From positions 96,001 through 160,000 of the forward strand of contig CBDUPA010000014.1 of NCBI GenBank assembly GCA_965368975.1: a stretch of 64,000 nucleotides of DNA, written 5' to 3'. Below are positions 38,550 through 47,071 of this stretch, piece by piece. The stretch's first letter is position 1, and each line of letters starts with the position of its first letter. The stretch is from an uncultured bacterium. Its GTDB lineage: Bacteria; Acidobacteriota; Thermoanaerobaculia; Multivoradales; JAHZIX01. A model generated the notes under the pieces. That model did no database searches and was not told the origin of the DNA. It worked only from the letters and a program-made list of their open reading frames with translations. A program made the position numbers and the translations under genes.

Positions 38550-38563
38550 AGCCACGACCTCGC

Positions 38564-39928
38564 TTAGACGCCCCGCGGTCCCGGAATCAGGTCCCGTGTC
38601 AGGTCGCGGAAACCGTCTTCGGTGCAGGCGACGTTGTCCTCGATCCGAACGCCGCCGAAGGGGGTCAGGGCGTCGACCAGGTCCCAGTTCACCAGACCGG
38701 CGGCGTCGCCGCGGCGTAGCGGAGTGAGCAGCATGTCGATGAAGTAGAGGCCGGGCTCGATGGTGACCAGGTGGCCGGGTTCGACGGTGCGGGTGTTGCG
38801 CAGCAGCGGGTACTCGGACGGAGGAGCCTTGCGACCGCCTTCAGGAGTGGCCTGGTGGCCGCCGACGTCGTGCACTTGCAGACCGATCTGGTGACCGACA
38901 CCGTGCGGCATGAAGACTCCGACAACGCCAGCACTGAGCGCTTCCTCGACGCTGCCGGTGATGACGCCCGTCTCGACCAGCAACGCGCCGATGCGGCGGT
39001 GGGCTTCGACGTGGATGTCGACGTAGTCGCGGCCGGGAGTGACCATGGCGACCAGGTCGCGTTCGAGCGCGTCCATACCTTCGACCAGCGCGGTCATCAC
39101 CGGGTGGGCGTCGGCACGCGTCCAGGTGCGGGTGACGTCAGAGGCGTAGCCCTCGTAGTCGGCACCGGCATCGACCAGCAGCAACTTGCCGGGCCCCGTC
39201 TCGGGGCCGCGCTTGTGCTGGTAGTGCAGGATGGAGGCTTTGTCGTCGAAGGCGATGATGTCGTTGTACGGCAGGTCGTTGCCGATCTGCTCTGTGGCCT
39301 GCAGGAAGGCCCAGTGCAACTCGCGCTCACTGACGCCTTGCTGGAAGCCTTCGTAGATCGCCTGGAAGCCACGAGCTGCGAGTTCGGCGGCCTTGCGGGT
39401 GAGGTGGAGTTCGAGCTCGGTCTTGGTACCACGGTGCCAGTCGAGCGGCGCCATCAAGGCCGCGGGCTCGACGAGTTCGGGCGGGATACCGAGGGTGGCG
39501 GCGGCGCCGGGAGCGCTGCCGACATAGGCCAGGCGCTCGGATGCACCGAGGATCGGACCGACCTGGTCGAACGTCTCGACCTCGTGGAGTTCGACCTCGC
39601 TCTCCCACCAGCTCTCGGGCGGCGGCGAAGTGTCGTACCAGAAGTCTCTGGGTCGCACGCGGACGACCAGCAACTTCTGCGACGGCCGCGCCACCACGAC
39701 ACTGTCGGGCAGGTCGAGAGGCGGCACCCAGCGCCGCAGGTGCGGCGTCGGGCGGAAGACGATCTCGAGGTCGTCAGCGTAGTAGGTCCCGATGCGGCCA
39801 GCGTGGAAGAGAACGCCGTCCAGTTGGACGCCGCTACGGCCGGCACGGGACAGCGCGTCCTGCAGGTAGCCGTCCAGGGCCTCGAGGTGGTCGCGGTAGA
39901 GCTGGGTGAGGTGTGCGGTGCCGCTCAT
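38564..39928 (-). CDS. pepQ: Xaa-Pro dipeptidase (prolidase)
   Basis: DAGA...SDVTRT, PHGVGHQIGLQVHDVG, TIEPGLYF, GGVRIEDN. Confidence 0.93.
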   Translation of the reverse strand: MSGTAHLTQLYRDHLEALDGYLQDALSRAGRSGVQLDGVLFHAGRIGTYYADDLEIVFRPTPHLRRWVPPLDLPDSVVVARPSQKLLVVRVRPRDFWYDTSPPPESWWESEVELHEVETFDQVGPILGASERLAYVGSAPGAAATLGIPPELVEPAALMAPLDWHRGTKTELELHLTRKAAELAARGFQAIYEGFQQGVSERELHWAFLQATEQIGNDLPYNDIIAFDDKASILHYQHKRGPETGPGKLLLVDAGADYEGYASDVTRTWTRADAHPVMTALVEGMDALERDLVAMVTPGRDYVDIHVEAHRRIGALLVETGVITGSVEEALSAGVVGVFMPHGVGHQIGLQVHDVGGHQATPEGGRKAPPSEYPLLRNTRTVEPGHLVTIEPGLYFIDMLLTPLRRGDAAGLVNWDLVDALTPFGGVRIEDNVACTEDGFRDLTRDLIPGPRGV

Positions 39929-40015
39929 GGGTGCCTCCTAGGATCGAACACAAGGTCTGAGTGAGGTATCGAGCATACCAGGGAAAAGGCAGTCATTAGG
40001 AAAGGGGGGAATCCA

Positions 40016-40127
40016 GATGCGGCTACGCCGCAGGGTAGGCTCAGATTCGGATCCACGCTCTGGGTAGGGGCGACCACATCGGACCGCGCCCCTACGACTG
40101 GACAGGCGCCCCTACGACCGGACAGGC
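40016..40127. repeat. Composite REP-like element with GTAGGGGCG...CGCCCCTAC palindrome and 20-bp tandem duplication
   Basis: Inverted repeat 40064-72/40087-95; second CGCCCCTAC 40107-15; hairpin GCGGC-TAC-GCCGC within 40016-31. Confidence 0.8.
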
Positions 40128-43100
40128 ACCCAGCGCACCGCCAACCCCGACGCCTCGTAGATCCGCTTGCCGTCGACCCACAAGGAAGCATCGGCAACGG
40201 TCAGGGTACCGTCTTCAGCTACTTCAGTGACCTCGACCTCGACGACCACCTTGCGGTTGTGCGGCAGCACTTGGCCTCGATACTTCCAGCTGAACTCGCG
40301 GCCGATGGCAGGCGCCTGGAAGCGACGTTCCTCGAGCCCCTTCCCGCCTGTGCCAGCTACGACCGCGAAGCGCAGCAGCTGGAGCAGGGCTTCGAGGCCA
40401 AGCGAGCCGGGCTGGACCGGATCCTGGTAGAAGTGAGCGGCGAAGAACCAGGCGGTCGGGTCGACGTCGAACTCGGCGCGCGCGCGCCCCAGGCCGGCGT
40501 CACCGCCTTGCGGCCACCAGCCGGTGACGCGATCGAGCAAGCGCAGACGACCACGGGCGAGACCGGCACCACCACCTTCGTCGTTCACGAACCACCCTTC
40601 CGGCTCGCGGGTCAGGTCGAGCGACGCAAAGGCCGGATCTCCGCCATCGGCGTCCGCGGGCAGTTCGAGGCGTGCGCGTTGGGCGTCGGTGGTCGGCAGG
40701 CCGGCCTGGTCGGCGAGCGCGGCGGCGGGGAAGAAGCCGAAGGCCGTCTGCATGGTGAACACCGGCTCTTTGCCGTTGGCAGTATCCCGCTCCATGCGCA
40801 CGTCGAAACGCTCGATGATCGAGCTGCCCGAACGCGCGACGCCGACCAGTTCCGTGCGTGTCGAGACGGTTCCTTGTGTCGAGCGAGGGTCCTCACCGGC
40901 CCGCAACTCGGCATGAACGGTGCCGGTGCCGTCGAGGTTGCGGAAGTGCAGATTCTCGCTGGAATGCAGTGTGCTCCCCACATAGGAAGCCAGCCAGCCG
41001 CACGGCTGCAGGCCGGTCTCCATGAGCAGCGCGAAGGGCAGGGCACCCGTGCCGCCTTCGGGGACGAAGTCGTCCTCGGGAAACAGTCTCTCGGCGCGCG
41101 CATGCGGTAGATCGTAGTCGAGGGTCGCAGCATAGCGCTGACGCAGCCCGGCGCTGGGGTCGAGCGTGCCTTGCTCGCCGTCGATCTCGACCACGCGCGA
41201 GAGGCAGTGGTACGGCGGCCCGGGCAGGCGCGGCGTGCGGCGGTCGGCAGCGTCGAAACGGATGAAGGGCGCGCCGAAGGCGGCGGAGGGGGCTCCCCAG
41301 GCGGAAGCGAGGAGGGCGGCGCCGTCGAAGGTGTGGGCATCGCTCTGGCCGGGCCGCACCGTGACCGGTGGCCGCGCGGTCGGCGGCAGCGCCACCGCGG
41401 TATGCAGGCGTTCCGGAGCGCTCGAGAGTGGCTGGTCGGGCACCAGGCGCAGGCCGACGCGGCGGCCGTGGAAGGCTTTCAGGCCGTCGACGGTGCACAG
41501 CAGGTCGGCCCATAGCGTAGGGCCACACTGCGGATTCGACGGGTCGACGATGTCGACCTGGTGCACGAACACCTCGTAGACCAGCTGCTTCGACGTCGGG
41601 ATCACCTGCCCACGGCAGCGCAGCGGGTAGGCGACTTCCGGCACCGGCTCGAAGCGCCAGCCGTCACGGTCGAGGGTGTAACCGAGGGCGGCGAGCACCA
41701 ACGCCATGGTGTTGAGACAACCTTCGAACATGACGGTGCCGGGCATGCACGGATCGTTCTTGAAGTGACCGTCGAAGATCCAGCTGTCGCCGTCGCCGAT
41801 GTCCAGCTCGGCGCGCAGATAGCCGCGTCCCCAGGGGCCGCCTTGGATGTCGAGATCGGTCACGCGGTCGAGCAGCAGCAATGGCGGTGCCGGGATCGAG
41901 GGCGTGCGCACATGCGTCGCGGCGCGGGCGTACGCCGAGCCGAGGGCGGCGGCACCCCTGCCTCGGGCGAAGTCGAGGAGCTGGTCTTTGCTCAGCTGGC
42001 GTGGAATCAACGCGGCTTCCACGCACGGAACGGGTGGCGTGTAGGTCTCCGGCGACGGCGTGTCCGTGGACGCATCCCACAGCAGCCCGCCCGAGTCGGC
42101 AAGTTCCTGGTCGGTGAAGAAACCAGCCTGGCCACCGCGCACGGACAGCCGACGCGCGCCATCAATGCGGCAATCGTAGTGGAAGAAGAAAAGGCGCACA
42201 TCGCCTTGCTTGGCGTGGCCGTCGATGTGGATGTCGTAGGCCAGCGTCTCCCCGACCGCCGGGGGTCGGCCATGGTAGGTCAGGTCGCAGCCGAGCAAGC
42301 GGTAGACGCGCTCGCCCTGGTTCAGGAAATCGACGCCGAGCCAGGAGATCAGCGTCAGGTCGGCCTGCCCGGCCTCGATCATCAAGCCAGCGGGCATGCG
42401 ACCGTCGTGTAGGTACCAGGAGTCCTCGCGCACGTCGGTCTCGGTCCAGATGGTGCCGGTGCCCATGGAACCAGCTTCGGCGTCGATACCGGTGATGCGG
42501 TCGACGAGCAGGAAGGGCGGCTCGGGCAGACGTACCTGGCGCGGGTAGGCATCCTGGCGGCGGAAGAGGTCGCCGAAGACGGTCGAGATGCGGCCAGAGG
42601 CGAGCTCGAGCAATTGGGCGCGGTCGAAGGCCGGACCGCGGGGCGGTGGGACGGCAGGATCGACTGGGCCAATGGACGGTGGTGTCGTTTGGGGGTCGGA
42701 TGCGGCTACGCCGCTAGGCACCCACGGGGGGATCTCCTTACCCGCATGGGGATCCGAACTCTGTGCAGGGGCACCCCACTGTGAGTGCCCTGGGCGGATG
42801 GGCGGTTCCGCATGCGGCATCCTCTCCGCCTCCGCCCCCAACATGCCTGCCAACATCCCTTGCTGCACCGCCAAGAACCGCTCGTGCAGCTGGCTCTGTT
42901 GCGCCAAGAACTCCTGCTGTGCGCGGGCGATGCTGGCTTGCAGATGCTGCAGTTCGTCGAGGTGCGGGGAGGTCGGATTTGGCTGCGGTCGATATTCGGC
43001 TGGCACCTCCTGAGGCAGCACCTCTCGAGGCAACACCTTCTGAGGCAGAGCGGCTCCTCGATACTCGGCTGGCACCTCTCCGAGGACGGGTGGTAGAACG

Positions 43101-46100
43101 GGTGCGGGGGCCATGATCTGGACGTTGGCCTCGGCCGCGGACACGGACGACATGGGGGCCTCCTGCTCCTGGTTCGACAAGCTAGCCACGGGCGGCCAGT
43201 GGGCGGGGAAGGTGAGACGATGCTGGGGCAAGGCGGCGGCGGTCGGCAGGGTCAAGGCGCTCAGGGCCAAGGCGCTCAGGGTCAAGGCACTGTAGTCGCC
43301 CGCGACGCCGGCGGCCAGGAGTTGCGCGGCGGCCTCGACGGTGGCACGCAGGCCGCGGGCGCCATCACTGGTGGATGCGCGGGCGGACAAACGCCGACGG
43401 TCGAGCGGCACGGCGAGGAAGGACTCCTCGGGCACGCCGTCGGCGAGCAGGGTCTTGCGAATCCAGCTGCTGCACAGGCCGCGCGGGCCGTGCTCCAGGA
43501 AGACGCGCACACCGTCTGCATAGGCTCGGCGCACGACGCGGCGGAAGTCGAGGGTGTCGGCGGCCTGGGCCAGGATCGCCTGGGCGGCGCTTTCGCGATC
43601 GGGACGGTAGGGGGCGGCCTTGGCTCCCGAGTACAGGCGCACCGCTGCGCCGTCCCGCTCCAGCGCCTCGGGCCGCGTCGGCAGGCGGTGCAAGTCGAGC
43701 CAGGCATCGGCGACGTCGCGCACTTGCGGGCAGTGGACGACCATGCGGTAGTCGAGCGGCACGCCGGTGACGTCCAGGGCGTCGAGGACGCGGCGGCAAG
43801 CGGCTTGATCGCCACCGAGAACAGCATCCTCGGGACTGCTGATCAGCGTCAGGTGGACCAGGCCACCCTGCGCCACTTCGGTCTCGACGGCGGCCCGCAC
43901 GGCGTCGACGGGCGCGCTCAGCTGGTAGTTCATCCAGTGGATGGTCTGCTCACCGTCCTTGACGGGCGTCAGCACGCGGCACTCGCCGCACAGGTCGCGG
44001 CTCAGCAGCTCGCCGGCTTCGCTGGCCAGCACCAGCTGGTCGACGTCCGGCCAGACGCCCGTCGCGACCAGGGAGTTGGTCTCACCCGAGGAGTAGCCGA
44101 GTACGGCGTCGGGCTGCAGGCCGAGCAGGCCACGGCTCAGTTCGGTGTGCAGCTGACACAGGAATGAGGTACCCCAGAGCAGCTGCAAGGGATCGGGGGC
44201 TTCCTCCGTCTGCCCGTAGACCCAGGCTGCCGCGCGGGGCAGTTCGCGGCTGCGAGCTTCGAGGCGGTCGAGCAAGGATGGGAACGTCGCGAGCAACCCG
44301 GCGCCCATCTCGGGGTAGGCCGCGCCGCCACCGGTGTAGACGAAGGCGAGTTGGCCAGCGTCAGAATCGTCTTGCCCAACCAGGGAACCCTGCCCGACCA
44401 GGGGTCGCTCGCGGAAGGCCATACCGGCTGGCAAACGACCGGTACCTTGTTGCAACCAGGAGGCCGCCTGGCTGCGCCGCGTGGCAAGGTCGTCTTCACT
44501 GTCGGCGACCAGCACCAGGCGGGCAGGGTCATTCGTCGTCACGGCGGCTCGCTGATCGCGCTGCAGCCGCTGGAGGACTTCGCCGCGATCGGTACCGCTG
44601 TAGAGCACCAGACCTGGACGCACTCCGGACGGTGTCGCTCCGAACGGTGTTGCTCCGAACGGTGTTGCTCCGAACGGTGGCGCCCCGTCCGCGGCCTGGA
44701 GCTGGACGGTCCCGGAGGCACCCGTCAGGGCTTCGACACGCACCTCGGCGATTCGGCTCCGCGCGCCGGACGGCAGCAGCCATGGACGCCCAACCTTCGA
44801 ATGCCCGGCCGCACCGCCGAAACACCTTCGACGGTGCAGCGCCTGGACGGCCGCCGCGACCTGCAACAGACCGGAAGCGGCATGGGCGTGTCCAAAGCGA
44901 GCGGTTACGGCGTCTGTATCGGAGTCGGTACCGAGTGTGAACCGCGCTATATCGTGCTCTATCGCAGGCTCCCCCACCTCGTGGCTTCCGAGCACGGCCA
45001 GCACCGGCTCACCCAGCCGGCGGGCATCGGCCAGGCGCCGCAACACCAGCACGACGGCGGCATCTCCTCCTCGACGCGGACTTCCAGCCGGCAACAGAGC
45101 CTCGAGCACCGCTTGTTGCACCGGCTCGCCGGCCACCACGTCGACGGCACCGACGACCGCGGCGTCCAGCTCACCGTGACGCAGCGCCTGCGCCGCCACG
45201 CGTAGCGCTTCGATACCGGAGAGTTCTTCCGCCGCCACCACCGCGCTGCCGCCGCGCAGGTCGAACTGCTGGTTGAGCCGGTTGGCGGGGATGTTCGGCA
45301 TCGTGCCGACGACACCGGCGGCATGCAGCTCGGGCACGGCCGCCAAGCATCCTGGATGCTCGTGACCGTGACGCCAGCGCAGGCCATAGCGCGCGATCTC
45401 GGCATCCACCTGCAGACCGACCAGCACGCCCGTCCTGTCGGGTGGCAACTCCAGACCGCCCCCGCTCGCCTCGGCATTGCCATCCAGCAACCGCCGGGCC
45501 GCCTGCAACAAGAGCAGCTGCTGCGGTAGCGCTTGTTCGAGGTCGCGCGGCGGGAAGCGCAGACCGGCGAGCTCGAGCTCGACCTGCTGTCGAGCCGGCA
45601 GTCTGTCTGGTGGGGGGGCTTCGAGCGCAGCCACGAAGTCGTCGACGCCGCGTCCCTCTCCCGCCAGCACCTCGAGCGCGACGATGGCGACGGGCTCCGA
45701 TGTGGCAGTGACGGGTACCTGGTCCGGCGGCCGCAATGGCGCCTTCAGACGGGGCGGTGCCTTCGGCCGGTACTCCTCCACCAGCAAGTGAGCATTGTTG
45801 CCACCGAAGCCGAAGGCGCTGAGCGCCGCCAGGCGGGGCGCGTCCTGCTCGGGCCAGGGCTCGGGCTCGCTGAGCAGACGGAAGGGCGTACCGTCAAAAG
45901 CCGGGGTCGGATCGTCAGCGGCGTGCAAGCTGGGCGGCCGCGTGCCGTGCTCGAGGGCACCGAGCACCTTGAGCAGGCCGGCCATGCCGGCGACGGTGAT
46001 CAGGTGACCGAGGTTGGACTTGAGCGAGCCGAGAGCAATGGGTTCGACCGCGGAACCAGCGCCATCGCGCGTGTAGACGGCGGCCAGCGACTGCAGTTCG

Positions 46101-47071
46101 GTGGCGTCGCCGACGCGGGTGCCGGTGGCATGGCACTCGATCAACGACACGTGCGCGGGCGTGCGACCAGCCGTGGCGTAGGCGGCATGTAGGGCGCGCT
46201 GCTGACCTTCTGTCGACGGCGCTAGCAAGCCACGGCCGCGCCCGTCGTTGGACAGGCCAATGCCGCGCAGCACGCCCAAGATCGGGCGCCCGGCGGCGAT
46301 GGCGTCGTCGAGTCGCTGCAATACGACGCAGGCAGCCCCCTCGGCGGGCAGCAGGCCGTCGGCATCCCGGTGGAACGGTCGGCTCTGGCCGCTCGGGCTG
46401 AGCGCCTCGAGGGCGGTAAAGCCGATGTGCAGGAAGAGGTCGTCGGCACAGGAGACGGCACCCGCCAGCATGATGTCGGCACTGCCCTCGCGCAGGCGGC
46501 GGCAGGCGAATTCGAGTGCGTAGAGCGAGGAGGCGCAGGCCGCGTCAAGGCAGAAAGCACCGGCACCAAGACCCAGGATGTCGGCGAGCAGGTGCGCGGG
46601 CAAGCCGGCGCTGCAACGGTCGCGCGCGTCGAGGTGCGAGGTGTCTTTGCCGCGCCAGACGGCCTCGGCGAATCGGCTGGCACCTAGCGTCGGGAACATC
46701 AGATTGCCGAAGACAGCTCCGGTACGCGTTCCCGCGGTTCCGCTCACGCCGACCTCAGCGGCCTCCACACCCGCCTCCTCCAGCGCCTGACGGGCGGCGC
46801 GCAACAACCAGTGAAAGAGTGGGTCGAGCCCGTCGACCGCCGGCTCGTGCACCGTCTCGTGGATGTACCCGCCGCGATCGTGCCAGGCACGGTCCCGCAG
46901 GGATGGCTTGTCTCCACCGACACGTGAGGGCAAGACGCGCTCGGGGTCGAGCCCCCAGCGGCCCGCCGGCGCCTGGCTCACCAGGTCTCGGCCGGCAGCA
47001 ACGGCTTGCCACAGCGCGGCCGGGTCCGGCGCACCGGGCAGCACGCAGCCACGGCCGACGATGGCAATCAT
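40112..47071 (-). CDS. PUFA-synthase-like subunit KS-CLF-AT-FabA-type DH domains (PfaBC / myxobacterial Pfa3 type)
   Basis: DAACASS, ECHATGT, LGHLIT; CLF-like region; AT GYSSG; GHFKNDPCMPG and HFYQDPVQPG dehydratase motifs. Confidence 0.92.
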   Translation of the reverse strand: MIAIVGRGCVLPGAPDPAALWQAVAAGRDLVSQAPAGRWGLDPERVLPSRVGGDKPSLRDRAWHDRGGYIHETVHEPAVDGLDPLFHWLLRAARQALEEAGVEAAEVGVSGTAGTRTGAVFGNLMFPTLGASRFAEAVWRGKDTSHLDARDRCSAGLPAHLLADILGLGAGAFCLDAACASSLYALEFACRRLREGSADIMLAGAVSCADDLFLHIGFTALEALSPSGQSRPFHRDADGLLPAEGAACVVLQRLDDAIAAGRPILGVLRGIGLSNDGRGRGLLAPSTEGQQRALHAAYATAGRTPAHVSLIECHATGTRVGDATELQSLAAVYTRDGAGSAVEPIALGSLKSNLGHLITVAGMAGLLKVLGALEHGTRPPSLHAADDPTPAFDGTPFRLLSEPEPWPEQDAPRLAALSAFGFGGNNAHLLVEEYRPKAPPRLKAPLRPPDQVPVTATSEPVAIVALEVLAGEGRGVDDFVAALEAPPPDRLPARQQVELELAGLRFPPRDLEQALPQQLLLLQAARRLLDGNAEASGGGLELPPDRTGVLVGLQVDAEIARYGLRWRHGHEHPGCLAAVPELHAAGVVGTMPNIPANRLNQQFDLRGGSAVVAAEELSGIEALRVAAQALRHGELDAAVVGAVDVVAGEPVQQAVLEALLPAGSPRRGGDAAVVLVLRRLADARRLGEPVLAVLGSHEVGEPAIEHDIARFTLGTDSDTDAVTARFGHAHAASGLLQVAAAVQALHRRRCFGGAAGHSKVGRPWLLPSGARSRIAEVRVEALTGASGTVQLQAADGAPPFGATPFGATPFGATPSGVRPGLVLYSGTDRGEVLQRLQRDQRAAVTTNDPARLVLVADSEDDLATRRSQAASWLQQGTGRLPAGMAFRERPLVGQGSLVGQDDSDAGQLAFVYTGGGAAYPEMGAGLLATFPSLLDRLEARSRELPRAAAWVYGQTEEAPDPLQLLWGTSFLCQLHTELSRGLLGLQPDAVLGYSSGETNSLVATGVWPDVDQLVLASEAGELLSRDLCGECRVLTPVKDGEQTIHWMNYQLSAPVDAVRAAVETEVAQGGLVHLTLISSPEDAVLGGDQAACRRVLDALDVTGVPLDYRMVVHCPQVRDVADAWLDLHRLPTRPEALERDGAAVRLYSGAKAAPYRPDRESAAQAILAQAADTLDFRRVVRRAYADGVRVFLEHGPRGLCSSWIRKTLLADGVPEESFLAVPLDRRRLSARASTSDGARGLRATVEAAAQLLAAGVAGDYSALTLSALALSALTLPTAAALPQHRLTFPAHWPPVASLSNQEQEAPMSSVSAAEANVQIMAPAPVLPPVLGEVPAEYRGAALPQKVLPREVLPQEVPAEYRPQPNPTSPHLDELQHLQASIARAQQEFLAQQSQLHERFLAVQQGMLAGMLGAEAERMPHAEPPIRPGHSQWGAPAQSSDPHAGKEIPPWVPSGVAASDPQTTPPSIGPVDPAVPPPRGPAFDRAQLLELASGRISTVFGDLFRRQDAYPRQVRLPEPPFLLVDRITGIDAEAGSMGTGTIWTETDVREDSWYLHDGRMPAGLMIEAGQADLTLISWLGVDFLNQGERVYRLLGCDLTYHGRPPAVGETLAYDIHIDGHAKQGDVRLFFFHYDCRIDGARRLSVRGGQAGFFTDQELADSGGLLWDASTDTPSPETYTPPVPCVEAALIPRQLSKDQLLDFARGRGAAALGSAYARAATHVRTPSIPAPPLLLLDRVTDLDIQGGPWGRGYLRAELDIGDGDSWIFDGHFKNDPCMPGTVMFEGCLNTMALVLAALGYTLDRDGWRFEPVPEVAYPLRCRGQVIPTSKQLVYEVFVHQVDIVDPSNPQCGPTLWADLLCTVDGLKAFHGRRVGLRLVPDQPLSSAPERLHTAVALPPTARPPVTVRPGQSDAHTFDGAALLASAWGAPSAAFGAPFIRFDAADRRTPRLPGPPYHCLSRVVEIDGEQGTLDPSAGLRQRYAATLDYDLPHARAERLFPEDDFVPEGGTGALPFALLMETGLQPCGWLASYVGSTLHSSENLHFRNLDGTGTVHAELRAGEDPRSTQGTVSTRTELVGVARSGSSIIERFDVRMERDTANGKEPVFTMQTAFGFFPAAALADQAGLPTTDAQRARLELPADADGGDPAFASLDLTREPEGWFVNDEGGGAGLARGRLRLLDRVTGWWPQGGDAGLGRARAEFDVDPTAWFFAAHFYQDPVQPGSLGLEALLQLLRFAVVAGTGGKGLEERRFQAPAIGREFSWKYRGQVLPHNRKVVVEVEVTEVAEDGTLTVADASLWVDGKRIYEASGLAVRWVPVRS

